Made by a program: the position numbers and the translations under genes. The notes beneath the pieces were generated by a model. It did no database searches. It was not told the DNA's origin and saw nothing but the letters and a program-made list of their open reading frames with translations. A stretch of 64,000 bases of DNA, from contig NC_092345.1 of NCBI RefSeq assembly GCF_963676685.1, positions 11,346,001 to 11,410,000 of the forward strand, given 5' to 3'. Positions within the stretch are counted from its first letter, which is position 1, and each line of letters starts with the position of its first letter. This document shows, one piece after another, positions 52,301 through 64,000 of the stretch. Source of the DNA: Mytilus edulis (lineage: Eukaryota).

Positions 52301-55300
52301 GTTGTCTTGCCTCTACCATTTCGATTTTAATTTCTATGTATCCCTATATTTCTTTCGTTCTTTCTTACCTCATCATTTTGAACAAACTGCATGAGGATTT
52401 CTTCTACTTGTACTATAGTATTGGCAGGGTTAGGGCCTGGTGGATCCTTCTCTGCTGATCCAAACTTCCTCCAATTCTGTAAACAAGTTGTAAATTATGT
52501 TAATTTCAAAAGAGTAAAACAAGATGTACTATGAATGCTACCCTAGGCCTAAATTAAAATATTGTTTGTTTCCCCAATCCCGACCCTGCCAAGCCAGGTG
52601 TGGGTAGGTAGGGAAATAATTTTATTTTTCCAAAAAGCTTGACATTATCGGACGATCCGGCAAGCCTGAAAATCCAAAATGAATAAAATAATTTTTCACT
52701 TAGTTTTGACAATAAAATTTTATGAGTAGCACCAATTTTGCAGGGTCGGTCGGGATTGGGGAAACAAACAATATTTTATTTTAGGCCCTACTATAAGTAT
52801 TTGGTTAACAGTTAATGAGCAATAGATGTGGAAAAGCTTCTTACACTGTTTCATTGTACAGCATGCTCACATAATGCATTAGGGGTGTGATACCAAATTT
52901 TAGAATGCTCTCATTGTTAATCTGCTTCATGAACAAAATATTATAATTCCATCTGATAGATGGAAAGAAGTAAGCAACACACCCTCTTTCCATTCATCCC
53001 AGGGATATTAATTACAATCTAGGAAATATTCTTATCTGTTTATTTACAATCAACTTTGTTACTCAGGCAAAATTAAAAGCTATGAATGTGATACATAATA
53101 TAAGTATCTAATTTTGTCAGCAATGGGCGATGAATGGATCTCAAAATTAACACAATCAATTAAACCGTAACAAACATATACCTTTCTTCTAGCAATTGAT
53201 TTTGGGACTTTTCTTCTTTCAATCCTGTATGTCTTAATAATCTACAAGTAAAAAAAAAGCAAAAATATTACCAATTATTACAGTCTCAGAATTAATTAAA
53301 ACTTTAACTTGTCTATTTCTGCAAGTCAAAATGTGCTTTTATTTGGTGAAATCAATTTTTGAATTGTACAAGTTGGTTTTTTTCTTCTTCTGCTGGTTAT
53401 TTATTATCAGTCTTTATATGCATTGCCTTTAAAATAAAGTCCTTGATACTTAATCTTTGATCAATTATATTGTTTGCATGACCTTTGAAATAATCTACTG
53501 TGACTATTTTTCACTTGTAAACTATAGTTCAATTTTTATACTAATCTGTTAATTTGTCCTTTTTGGTTTTCTATGGTTGATTGTTTCTATTTAGATTTCA
53601 ATTATGTTCTATCTTAACACAACTTAAATATACTGTCTCTGGTTTAACCACAAAGTTGAACAAAATCAATTTACCATAACCATGTTCAGATTTGCACAAG
53701 AAACAAATGGTCTAAATATTTACTATTTTCTCCACATTTTTACATTTAATAACTGATAACATTTTGCTAATGTTTCATGTGGGATTTATCAAAACATTTC
53801 AGCACTTGTCAAAACTGTTTTTCAAATGCTGTTTAAAACTTGGAAGAATTTACAATGTTATGATTAATGTCCATGGCCAGTGGCCTCATTTATTATAATC
53901 AAGCATAACCTAAATACTGGTGAAATGCGTGTCAGCATGGTTATTGGTTCTACATGTTAAACAGGATTACTGACCTTGACAGTTTTACCATCTTCATTGT
54001 ACTTGTATTCTGTGATTACTTTGATGCCTTTGTTTTCATCAATGGTCTCTGTAGAAGGTGGCAGAACTCCTGAAAATAAATCATCTGAATTATCATTTGG
54101 GTCATTTATTTTTGAACAAAGTTTTGTCTTTTAATGTAAATAAACATGTTTAACAAGTTTGAAGTCAGGAGCCTATAGTTCAGTGGTTAAATTGCTTATA
54201 TCCTCTCCATTTGAACTCTGGTGGATAGTTGTCTCATCAGCAATCATATCACATCACCTTATTTTATATGTATATATTTTTCTAGCCTCATTTTCAGAAA
54301 AACATAAGAGACGTTTGGAATGGTGCGTCAATTTTCTTTTTTGCAGACAAAATCTGAGAAATTTTCATATGGTCTCCATGGAAAGTGATGTCCCAACATG
54401 TTTTATTCATGGTGCCCCATGTCCATCAAATTATCCTTAACGATTTTCTACGATGTAATCCAACATGGTTAAATTTTCACTGTAAGTGTTGCTGTTGAGT
54501 TTCACGCTCAGTTTATTTATTTATTTTCCTGACCACATGGAACTTTTCCTTAATCACAAGGTAAGTCTAGAGCAATAATTTATAGCAGAAGATAGGTTAC
54601 CATAAAGTACAGAAAACTGAATTACATCAATGACACAATTATCAACTATTGGAGAATAACTGAATGTTATGTACTTAAAGATTCTCATTGAAACCATGAT
54701 GGTGGATTAAATATGGACAATGGATTAGAAATTTTAAAGTCTGCAGAGTTATACTGTGCAACCACACTAAAAATAAATGTGGAATCTGTACATGACACAC
54801 AGAAAGTGCCCCATTTGCATATCATATAAAGTTATAAAGGGACATAACTGAAGAACAGTAAAAGTGACCCTACTAGAATGTGTACTTGAATGTGTTTTGT
54901 GGTTATAAGTATTGTGTATAAGTTTCATAACATGTGGTAAAGGCAATCTTATATTAAGTTTTTAGAAAACAGAAATAAAAATTCAACATTTATTCCATTT
55001 GTAAAGGGATGAGTTTAGAACACTATAAGTGAACCCACCAAATTTCAAACTTGATCTGTATTATGCGGTAATAAGCAATGTGTAAAAGTTTCATAACATT
55101 TGTTTAAGGCTGACTTCAGTACATTGTTCATAGCATTTGGTTGAGGCAAACTAACATGACTAAAGTTTTAGAAATGCAGCATAAAATTCAGCGTATATTT
55201 ACATTTGTAATTAAAGGGGCACAACTGTAGATCGTTTATAGTGACTCCACCAAAAATTCAAAATTGATCTGTGTTTTGTGTAGTCAGAGATTACTCTGAC

Positions 55301-57149
55301 GTCCAACGGCTGGTTTGCCAGACAAGCTGGGGCCATTGGACGTCAGAGCTCGTCCCATATCAAAAAGTGGATATTTGCCCACCCAAAATAGATGCCCTGC
55401 TTCGTCGCTTCTGGTGCCGACTGACGGCCTTGGAATTACATAAATCGGGCATCAATCTGTTCATTTTTCATTTATCTTTTCATTTATGTAAGTTTTACCT
55501 ACCTGCCAACCTTTATTTTTCCATATTTTAACAGTTTTCACCGAGACCCATCGTCTTTCAAGGCTATTTTTTCCAGGACACCTTTCTATCATGAAGGTGT
55601 CCCAGATTACAGCAGACGCCATAAACTTTTATTTGGACTAGTTTGGAAAGAACATAATGAAAGCAATTGGTATTTTAGAAATTTTTCAACTAAAAACCTG
55701 ATGCTATTCAAACATGACAGCATCTATAATATTGACAGTGCTCTAGCTAGAAATCAAAAGAGGCAGGGTGCCAGTGGAGGGCAGGGCACTTTTTATGATA
55801 AGAAAAGGCTCTGCAAATTTTTTTGTCTACGTTTCTGTGTGTATCACGAGTTAACGAATCTCTTTTTTTTTACTGTATATGTTGGTTTTTTTTAAATAAA
55901 GATGCATTTTAACTATAGTCTTTATTTCATTGTTTGTGTAGTTATGAATTATATAGTACATCTCTAAGTTTCTGTGTATTACTAATTTATCAATGTTTAG
56001 AACATGGATTGCTAAAAGTATAATTATCAAACAGAAATTGCAATATATTTTTTTTAATATGTTCAAAGACAGTTAATATCCTTAAGGTAACATTATTATG
56101 TTATTATATATTCAATTGGTTCTTTATTCCTTTTTTTGATACTAGATAATATTTTTAGAGCACAAATTTGTAATAAGCTAAAACAGGGGAAGTAACTCCA
56201 AAATTAAATTCCAACACGTTTGCGTTAATTAAAAACTGTGCTTGTCGCTAACAAGTTGAGATGGAAGGCATTTCTGTGAAGGCATAGTTTTATTTTGATG
56301 ACTTAAATTCAATTCTAAAGTCATGAAAGTCTTCATTTATACACTCTTCCATTGTGACTTGGAAATCGAAAATGACGACCCAAGCTAAACACACTAAGCT
56401 AAACACACTCGCTGACACATTCATCAAATGTATGACAAAAAGATACATTGTCCTAATTAAATTACCTAGATATTAACACCTTTGAAGTCTTTATCATTGT
56501 AATTGATTGTAATGACATGATTAACCTGGGGGCAATCACACTAGTGTCATATATGTAATTAACTTGGAGATCAGAAATCAATGAAACAAAAGGCAATTTT
56601 ACCAAAACGGCACAAGAGAATTTTGGAAAAAAGACATCAGGACAGAAGGGCGCGGATGAAGGCACCCAGGGCGCGGCTGAGTGCACCCAGGGCGCGGCGC
56701 CCTTCTATTTCAGGCTAGCGAGACCACTGATTGATGTATGCACTATCCATGCTATCTGTGGCTAATTTATGTAGACCATTGATTGACACCGACAGTGATC
56801 ATGTGACTATAACTTATAATGAAAAAAGTATACTCCATAGGCAACCACCCTTTTAAATTTATAAACGATACAAGACAATGAGACCAAACAGAACCTTCTG
56901 GTTTATTTACTCCCTTTAGTATATGATCAGAATGAAAGCAGCTGGAACATATGATAAGATGACAATATGTCAAAGGCGCCTTACCATCTTCTCCTTGCTC
57001 TACCTGTTCGGCCCAACTGAATCCTTTCGGCCTAAAATAGAAAAGAAGTTATAGAGTTTATCAAGGTTAGGGAGTCTTTCAGATTTGAAAATAGTAGACT
57101 ATCATATAGTAATTTTAAGCCAAACATACTCTGCGTCTATTGACGGCAT
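43309..57149 (-). CDS. EIF3G: Eukaryotic translation initiation factor 3 subunit G, 9 coding exons
   Basis: Exons 57149-57130, 57031-56985, 54069-53975, 53241-53182, 52476-52369, 49485-49188, 48696-48563, 46846-46740, 43327-43309 are all GT-AG and in phase. Motifs SWAEQVE, WRKFG..DPPGPN, zinc knuckle [37 protein letters not shown]...KGFAFINF...[17 protein letters not shown]. Confidence 0.96.
43429..46285. repeat. 58-bp tandem satellite, ~49 copies, most containing TTAGGG
   Basis: Unit ATAATGGTTGTGTGAGGTTAGGGCTGTTGACAACATT(T/G)TTTGTAGATAATGTCTGCCT. Deletion variants are clustered at ~44070-44570. Confidence 0.97.
47673..47791. mobile_element. MITE of the GGCGGATCCAG family, 5-bp TSD (GAATG/AAATG)
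   Basis: gaatg|CATAGGCGGATCCAG...CTGGATCCGCCACTA|aaatg. It is nested in an older element with long degenerate TIRs (~47415-47600 and 48270-48460). Confidence 0.7.
49590..51522. mobile_element. Non-autonomous hAT element (8-bp TSD CTACACTT) containing a LINE 3' fragment
   Basis: ctacactt|CAGACTTGGGGTCAATTAC...TAATTACCCCATCCCTG|ctacactt, with subterminal (T)AATTAC arrays at both ends. Internal minus-strand ORF 50040-50444 has CDIC...HACCNCP (zf-RVT-like) and a 15-bp tandem tail. Confidence 0.82.
51993..52183. repeat. 47-bp minisatellite x4
   Basis: TCAAAAGAACAGCCAAAACTGACATATGTCAAGTTCACCTGAGGTAG repeated. Confidence 0.9.
52546..52787. mobile_element. MITE with ~40-bp TIRs, 3-bp TSD CTA (PIF/Harbinger-like)
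   Basis: cta|GGCCTAAATTAAAATATTGTTTGTTTCCCCAATCCCGACC...GGTCGGGATTGGGGAAACAAACAATATTTTATTTTAGGCC|cta. Confidence 0.8.
55736..56729. mobile_element. ~1-kb non-autonomous CAGTG-TIR element, 5-bp TSD ATTGA (hAT5-like)
   Basis: attga|CAGTGCTCTAGCTAG...CTAGCGAGACCACTG|attga, with GC-rich subterminal AGGGCGC/AGGGCA repeats at both ends. Confidence 0.7.
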
Positions 57150-57168
57150 GCTTCTTGACTTATTTGAC

Positions 57169-57176
57169 ACTTCCGG
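57169..57176 (-). promoter_or_regulatory. ETS/GABP-type site CCGGAAGT at the eIF3g 5' end
   Basis: Exact CCGGAAGT 20 nt upstream of the ATG, typical of housekeeping promoters. Confidence 0.45.
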
Positions 57177-58769
57177 TTAAATGGGCAAAACTAAATGATA
57201 ACATTATCTCGTCCCAAGTTGCTTTTGAGACGTTTCGGCCACAATACCAGTTCGTCCATAGGTCATTTCGGCACATTACCAGTTTGACACCTGTTGATTC
57301 GGCCATATTTTTTCATATTTTTCATAATCATTATTTTGGTTATAGAAATTTGTTTTGGAAATTTTACTTGACAAAAAGAAAATTGTTCAAATGAAAAAGA
57401 TAATTGATATTTGAGTAAAAATGCATCATATAAAAACAAGAGAAAACTGTTGAAATTGATCATAACACTTGTATATGTGTCTGATAATAAGAATTAATAA
57501 GAATTTGTAGACTGTTTGATATTTTCTAAACAATGACTTGACAAAAGCATAATATTATGACTTCTAAAGATAAATCAACGGAATGATAATTAAAAACAAA
57601 TGATCAGAGGGCACACCCGCAGCCAGGGGTGTTCGATGGGTTCTGTTTTAATTGCAACTGTTAAAGTTAAGTATGATTGTATCGAAAGAGACCGTGGTTG
57701 ATCCTCTAGTGTGGCCAATACGTCCTGCATCACTCACGTTTAATGGCTTTCATTTATTATGTACACGCAAGCTTAAAAATCGAGCATTTTGAACTGATGA
57801 TTGTTTCTATACTATGTCTAGCGGCAAAACATTTCCCAACTCTTCAAATAAACAAATAAAGATCTATTTCGTGTCAGAACAGACATAAAAATATATGTGA
57901 AAAAATGAAAACTAGTTAAATTACGATAAAAAAAAAGAAGACAAAAAACACATAAAGCACCGATCTTATCTGACATGAATATAAAAACAAGAAGGGGTAC
58001 AATTTCTCAATGAGGCAACTATCCATCAAATTAAACGGCATGATTTATGAAATATTTTTTCTCGTATCGTATCGTATGTGAAACAATTTAATGGTGCAAA
58101 TCAACGGCAGGGTCTGAATGTGGTTAGAAGAGTCGAGAATAATTAGCAAAATACAGAATTAATGGCCAAAAAGATAAATGCGGGATTGTCTCGCTGTGCC
58201 CATTGGTAGCCTCGTTTTCTGCGTTTTCAGTTGGGTTGTTGTCTCTTTGACACATTCCTCGTTTCCATTCTTAATTTTATTGTAAATATACTAGAGAAAA
58301 TAGAAGGAAAAAATCACACAATCTATAGTTTCCGGCATAACGCACAACACATAACGCCCAAAAATGGATAATAATCACCATTCAACATCTACATCTCCGT
58401 TTTATCCATGCAATATGGCTTCGTGTATTTTATACATTTGTCCAAGCTAAAGAAGGTTCCAAGTGATTGTGTAATAGCCGTGGGAGCGATTGAACAGGGC
58501 GTCAATGAAATATCAGGCTTTGAGATAATGAATTTATTTCAACTTTTACTGTGGCAATGGCATTTTAACTTGAAGAGAAATGTATCAGAAAAGGAACACT
58601 ATAGTAAAAATGTATGTATAGCAACGATGTTTTTTTTTTAATGTTTTTGATATGATTTTGTCACTGTTGTTTGACAATTTTGAACAATTTACTCGAAGCT
58701 CTTTCATTTTAAGGAACCCGTATGGATATATATTGATTTTTTACTATTTCATTGGTCCATATTTACACG

Positions 58770-59405
58770 TAACGTGACGGTACCCAAATTGCACCTATTT
58801 TGACTGTTTTTTCACCTACGTTTTTTTATGATCATGAAAAAAATGCCCATACTGTGTGTATTTTGTAGCCCTATCCTTCTTTATTGTATAGGTACACCAA
58901 TTTAATTTTGAATCCATATTGAGTCATAAAAAAATGGGTTTGAATCAACCTCCAAACTGTCCATGATTCTGTAATGAGGAGTACCCAAATTGCATCCATG
59001 CTTTATAAATTCACATCGTCAAAAGTCTGATAACCGAGCTTTTGTTTAATTTCTTCAAATATTTTGAACAATTGGATATTAGTCCATGCTTACTCTTCAT
59101 ATTTTACGAAATGGATACTTATGATATTGTATTTGGTAATTTTAGGAAGATGACGCTTTGATGACGTCGCATGATGACGTTTTCGTACATTTTGCTTTTT
59201 CAGTAAACAGTCCATCTGTTGATTATCACTGTGAACGTTTTGTGTATATCTAAATATGTTTACCTATGTTAAAAGACGTATATAGTATCAAATCATAAAA
59301 ATACAAAGTGATTAGTCTCTAGGAAATCTTGTAGGATTTCTGTTGCTATTTTTTCTAAATAGGTGCAATTTGGGTACTCGGTGCAATTTGGGTACCCTTA
59401 CGTTA
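58770..59405. mobile_element. TA-flanked TIR MITE (possibly Tc1/mariner-pogo type)
   Basis: TAACGTGACGGTACCCAAATTGCACC...GGTGCAATTTGGGTACCCTTACGTTA, with an internally reiterated GTACCCAAATTGCA motif. Confidence 0.7.
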
Positions 59406-60593
59406 GAATGTTTTCTTTATAACAGTTGAGTTCATCATACAATGTCCCATCCAACAACTTGTTAGTTTTTCGAATTGATATTCTCCCGAGCGACTATACT
59501 TTAAATATATTGATAGAATAAACATGATTACGGTCCATGCAGTTTTGTTTAAACACTTATGTTTGAGTGATAAAAATCAACGACCAGGGTCTAACAGGGT
59601 TGTTTACAGAATAGAGAATAATGAGCAAAAAATACAGAATCAAGGGGGAAATATTTAGGCAGGATTTTCTTGCTGTGTTGAAGACCATGCAAGTCTCTTA
59701 GACACATTCCTCGTTTCCATTCTCAATTTTATTGTAAATATACAAGAGAAAATAGAAGGAAACAAATATCCTTCAATCTATTGTTTTCGGCCAAAGCTCT
59801 ATTTTTCAGCATAACACTCAAGAATTGATAAAAATCATCATTCGTTATTACGTTTTATCCATGTAATGACATATATGTTCGTGTATCACTAAACACAAAA
59901 TGCATCGAAACAAGGTCATAATATGGTAGCTCAGTTTTCGATGAAACAAAAAAAAAAAACTCATTTAGTTATGTTTGCATACACAAACAAGCTGTAGAAT
60001 ATTATTAATTCATTTTTTCTATAAAAATTGATTGATTTCAAATTGGTCTGAAATTTAAAATTTACATTTTATGAATTGAATCCGTGAACCCGGTTTATTT
60101 TGGCTACTTTACACCACTGATTACTATATTATGAGTTGTTTGATTGACTGTCTACTTGTGACAATCACTTTATATTTTCTCTTTGCAGAATTTGTTAATA
60201 TTGTTTTTATTTTATTTATTATTTATATTTATCATATACTTAGCATTAATATGATAGCTTTTGCATATGTGTAACGAACGGAAGTACACAAGCCATAATT
60301 TCCCACCCAGGCTGATAACCCATATCAGCCCGGTCTGATAACCCATATCAGGGGCGTCTCGTGCAAAAACCCATAACAGTGCTTCTCGTGCAAGTTACTT
60401 CCGGTGTTTCCGGTATCGGTTGTTTATTTTTTCCATTGTGACGTCAGATATTGATGACGACGTCAAAATTTACGGGAACAGTTTTGTGGGGATAGTTTAG
60501 TACTTACTAACAAATACCATTGGCAATTATGAATCATTTTATAGTACAACAAACATGGAGTAATAATGATAATGAAACTCTTCCAACTACTCA

Positions 60594-62208
60594 ATGTTTC
60601 AAAATGCCTCTATAGGAAATGTTACCATAAAATGTACATATACTTTTAGAGTTAAATTAGGGGTTCGACAAGGTGATAACCTAAGCCCTAATCTTTTCAA
60701 AATTTTTATAAATGACTTTCCATCATATATTGATAATGTTGATGATGATCTGATTTTGGGTGATACTAATATTAATTGTTTAATGTATGCTGATGATATT
60801 GTTTTGCTCTCTACCACATCATATGGTCTTCAATCTAAGTTAAAAAATGTTGATAAGTTTTGCTCTGACTGGTGCTTAAACATAAACACCAATAAAACAA
60901 AAATTTTAGTATTTAATAAGCAAGGTAGACTTATCAATGAAAAATTTACTCTTCAGCAAGTTGAACTGGAATGTGTACAGCACTACAAGTATTTAGGCCT
61001 TATATTTTCGGCTTCAGGTGTCTTCTCTCATGCAAGACAGGAATTGTACAAAAAGAGTCTAAAAGGCTATTATAAATTATGCAAAGATGTTATTCGTTCA
61101 CATCCAAAAATTACTACCAGTCTACATCTATTTGATCACATGATCAAACCTATTTCTTTATATTCCTCTGAAATTTGGGGTACATTTAACCCAAAGAGTA
61201 GTAAATTTAGAAATGATATAGTCTTAGATAAAATTTATTCAGATCTTGAACCAGATAAATTACACATGAAAATAACAAAATTTATTTTGGGTGTAAACAG
61301 AAAGAGCAGCAATTTTGCTGTACTCTCTGAACTAGGTAGATTTCCTATTTATATTAGTATTGTGAAAAATCTACTGAATTATTATTTTAGAATTGAAAAT
61401 ATGCCTGAGGACTCTTTATTATATAAAGCCTTACAAACCTCTAAAGATTTAGATGATAAAAATCACAATAGTTGGTATAGCAGTGTCAGACACTTATGTA
61501 AAATTATTGACCTGCCTAGTAACTTCATTAATTTTAGTAAATACAAATTCAGAAAATGTTTACTTAATTGTTTAAAAGTATCCTATGTCAAATCTTGGGA
61601 AAATGCTTATAGCCAAAATAGCCAAGGAAAACTAAGAACATATTGTCAGTTTAAAACATCATTTTGTAAAGAAAATTATTTAAATATCTTGAAAAATTTT
61701 GATTTGAGAAAAGCTATCACAAAATTCAGGATTTCATCTCATAGACTTAAAATTGAAACTGGGAGATATTCCAAATTAGAAGTTCATCAAAGAATTTGTG
61801 ATAAATGCGATTTAAATAAAGTGGAAGATGAACTTCATTTTCTTATAGAATGTCCTGTATACTCTAAGGATAGAGACATGTTATTTGATCTGATATTTAA
61901 AGAATGTAAAAATTTTTACTCCTTGGATATGGTCAATAAATTTATTTGGCTATTAAACTGTGAGTCTATTAATATTTTAAAACAACTTGGCTATTTCTTA
62001 TCAAAACACCTGCCTTGAGTAAACATTTATAATATAACACTGGGATACTGTAAGTAATATTTAAAATGTCTAACTTTTTAAAGCATACTGTTTTGTTGTT
62101 TTGCTTTATTGTATTTGTAATTGTTTGTAACTATATATTGTCATGAATGTATATGCACTATGCCCCTTGAGGGTACCTCTTTATGGAAATAAAAGATATT
62201 CTATTCTA
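60594..62208 (+). mobile_element. 5'-truncated non-LTR retrotransposon (CR1/L2-group) with an uninterrupted 474-codon RT C-terminal ORF
   Basis: GVRQGDNLSPNLF, YADD, YKYLG, C-terminal CDKC..VEDELHFLIECP. The 3' UTR has AATAAA and a (TATTC)n tail at ~62188-62208. The endonuclease and N-terminal RT are missing. Confidence 0.92.
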
Positions 62209-62371
62209 TATGTATATGGAGGTAGTGATGCTGTTGGTTGCATTGACAGTTGTAGTATATTGGATTTATAACTTAACTTCTTTATAAAGTTTTTGACTGT
62301 TTTAGTTGTTGCATTTGTGTTTTTTTTTTTTTGCCTTACATAAAACTATTGTCGGAAGTATATGATAAAGC

Positions 62372-62507
62372 GATTAATACATGGCCTTTTCCATATCAGC
62401 CTGGGTATCATCCCTCGACCCATATCAGCGCCTCGACTCCGTCTCGGGCTGATATGGGGGTCTCTGGATGATACCCAGGCTGATATGGAAAAGGCCATGT
62501 ATTAATC
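62372..62507. repeat. Long GC-rich hairpin (42-bp perfect outer stem plus inner stem)
   Basis: GATTAATACATGGCCTTTTCCATATCAGCCTGGGTATCATCC ... GGATGATACCCAGGCTGATATGGAAAAGGCCATGTATTAATC. Confidence 0.9.
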
Positions 62508-62881
62508 TCTATAGAAATACAGAGGGAAAACTTAAGACTATATATACTGTATAGGACTTGGTGTTCACTAAATACGAGAGTTAAAACGATATATAGATCC
62601 TTTTTAGAATCATTGTATTTGAATTCCCCGGAATCTATTTGAGTAGCTGTTGATTGAATAAAGGGGTGCACGCTAATGAAACAAATTAAAGCGTCAACCG
62701 AACGATATAAATATACACATGACCTAAGGGTTAACCCATAAGAAAGATTAATATTATTCTGAAAAGTGCGGGGAAATCAGGAAATTTAAGTTAAACTTCA
62801 AATATATAACAAAGGGAAGAAGACACATCTTGACTATGACAATACAAACTGTACAACAAAAGAGATTCTTTTTGAAATATT

Positions 62882-62907
62882 TGGGTGGCCCTTAAAAGGG
62901 CCTTTGG
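62882..62907 (-). terminator. Histone mRNA 3' stem-loop (SLBP site) with ACCCA and downstream purine-rich element
   Basis: Minus strand CCAAA-GGCCCT-TTTA-AGGGCC-ACCCA, then AAAAGAATC, ~30 nt after the stop codon. Confidence 0.92.
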
Positions 62908-62932
62908 TTTGTGTTGTTTCTGGAAATAAAAT

Positions 62933-63553
62933 CTATTTCTTTGCAGCTTTCTTGGTGGCCTTCTTTTTTGGTGACTTCCTGGCCTTCTTCTTTGGAGACT
63001 TTCTTGCTGGTTTCTTGGCAGCCTTTTTCTTTGGAGACTTTGGCTTTTTGGCCTTAGACTTCGTTGACTTTTTAACTGCAGCCTTCTTACGTGGTGACTT
63101 CTTAGCCTTAGCATTGTTAGACTTATTCTTTGAACTCTTCTTTTTTGGTGACTTTGCTTTCCTTGCCTTTTTCTTGGGAGAAGCAGGTGCTTTTCCAACT
63201 CGGAAGCTACCAGTTGCACCAGAAGCACCAGCGGAAGTTTTGGGTCTGACTAAAACACCGGATTTCAATCCCTTTGCAAAAGCCAACTTCATTGCAGATC
63301 CAAGGTGTGATGTGTTGATTCCTTTGTTGTTAGCCAGGATGTACTTCCTAATGGCTTGGACTGAGGACCCTTTTCTGTTCTTCATTGCTGTGATGGCAGC
63401 AACAATCATGGATAAAGTAGATGGCTTCTTTACTCCTCCTGCTGCTCTTGGTTTCTTTGGTGTCTTTCTTGCCTTCTTTGCTGGACTTCTCTTTGGAGAT
63501 TTGCTCCTGCTCCTGGACCTAGATCGGGATCTTCTTCTACTTGGGCTTGGCAT
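62933..63553 (-). CDS. PL-II: Sperm-specific protamine-like PL-II/PL-IV (PHI-2B/PHI-3) precursor, H1-related SNBP
   Basis: Intronless, 206 aa. N-terminus PSPSRRRSRSRSRSRSKSP, H1 winged helix (KPSTLSMIVAAITAMKNRKGSSVQAIRKYI...GASGATGSFRV), NKSNN|AKAK processing site, and K-rich SPKK tail (PL-IV). Confidence 0.95.
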   Translation of the reverse strand: MPSPSRRRSRSRSRSRSKSPKRSPAKKARKTPKKPRAAGGVKKPSTLSMIVAAITAMKNRKGSSVQAIRKYILANNKGINTSHLGSAMKLAFAKGLKSGVLVRPKTSAGASGATGSFRVGKAPASPKKKARKAKSPKKKSSKNKSNNAKAKKSPRKKAAVKKSTKSKAKKPKSPKKKAAKKPARKSPKKKARKSPKKKATKKAAKK

Positions 63554-63614
63554 CTTGGTTACTTGCTACTACTACGTCAAAATTTAAGAATGACAACTTC
63601 AGCTACAGGTGCTT

Positions 63615-63640
63615 CCTTTATGTTAATAACGCGGACGTGA
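63615..63640 (-). promoter_or_regulatory. PL-II promoter: H4-box-like GTCCGC and TATA-like CATAAA
   Basis: Minus strand CACGTCCGCGTTATTAACATAAAGG, 60-85 nt upstream of the ATG. Confidence 0.5.
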
Positions 63641-64000
63641 TAGAGAGCACCCATAGAATTTGTTAATAAAAACAAGGGAAAATGGCGGACATGAAAATTT
63701 GTGCTTCCAAGTTCATTTCAATTACAGAAAATTTACAGGTTACAGTATGAAACAGGATATTTTTGACGTAGAAATAACTGGTAAGATCAAATCTTCAAAT
63801 TCCATAACAAATAACGCACATTTTAAAATTGCGTCGTCATGAAATCGTACGTCGAACTTCTAATTGTTTGTTTCTAAACTCTTTGCTCAGTCAAAGTGAA
63901 GCTAAAATGGGAAGAAACCTATGGTAAAAGGGTAAGGAATTGGTTTTACAATGCCAATAAATTATGCGGGTATAATACTTTATTATTTTGGTATAACTTA

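Noticed and set aside
60594-62018. RT ORF as a domesticated gene or retron/DGR-like system paired with the nearby hairpin
   Set aside because: It has LINE-type motifs, a 5' truncation, a simple-repeat tail and a related fragment at 23005-23488. The hairpin lies outside the LINE tail.
62791-63587. ORFs 62904-63587(+) and 62791-63228(-)
   Set aside because: Antisense and alternate-frame shadows of the low-complexity PL-II/PL-IV CDS.

Overview
AT-rich, intron-rich eukaryotic DNA, almost certainly from a Mytilus mussel (diagnostic PL-II/PL-IV sperm protein gene). I reconstructed five genes by hand from splice signals. (1) A secreted EPN/WND C-type lectin (+, 2812-8121). (2) A RING-H2 E3 ligase with N-terminal MIU-like ubiquitin-binding motifs (-, 9946-20788). 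(3) PP6 catalytic subunit PPP6C (+, 26147-35227). (4) eIF3g (-, 43309-57149). (5) The intronless H1-derived protamine-like PL-II/PL-IV precursor with a histone 3' stem-loop (-, 62933-63553). Main highlights: a textbook U12-type AT-AC minor-spliceosome intron in PPP6C (31860-32596); a 3.4-kb foldback element with ~1.2-kb arms, an 11-bp TSD and outward-facing telomere-like G-rich arrays inside the RING gene; and a ~49-copy TTAGGG-bearing 58-bp satellite in the last eIF3g intron, which an intronic stop and poly(A) signal could bypass. The rest is dense with non-autonomous DNA elements (5-bp-TSD and 8-bp-TSD hAT-like, Kolobok, Harbinger-like, Helitron/HINE), LINE fragments and minisatellites. Most ORFs in the supplied track are spurious. 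All calls come from reading the sequence; no searches were run.
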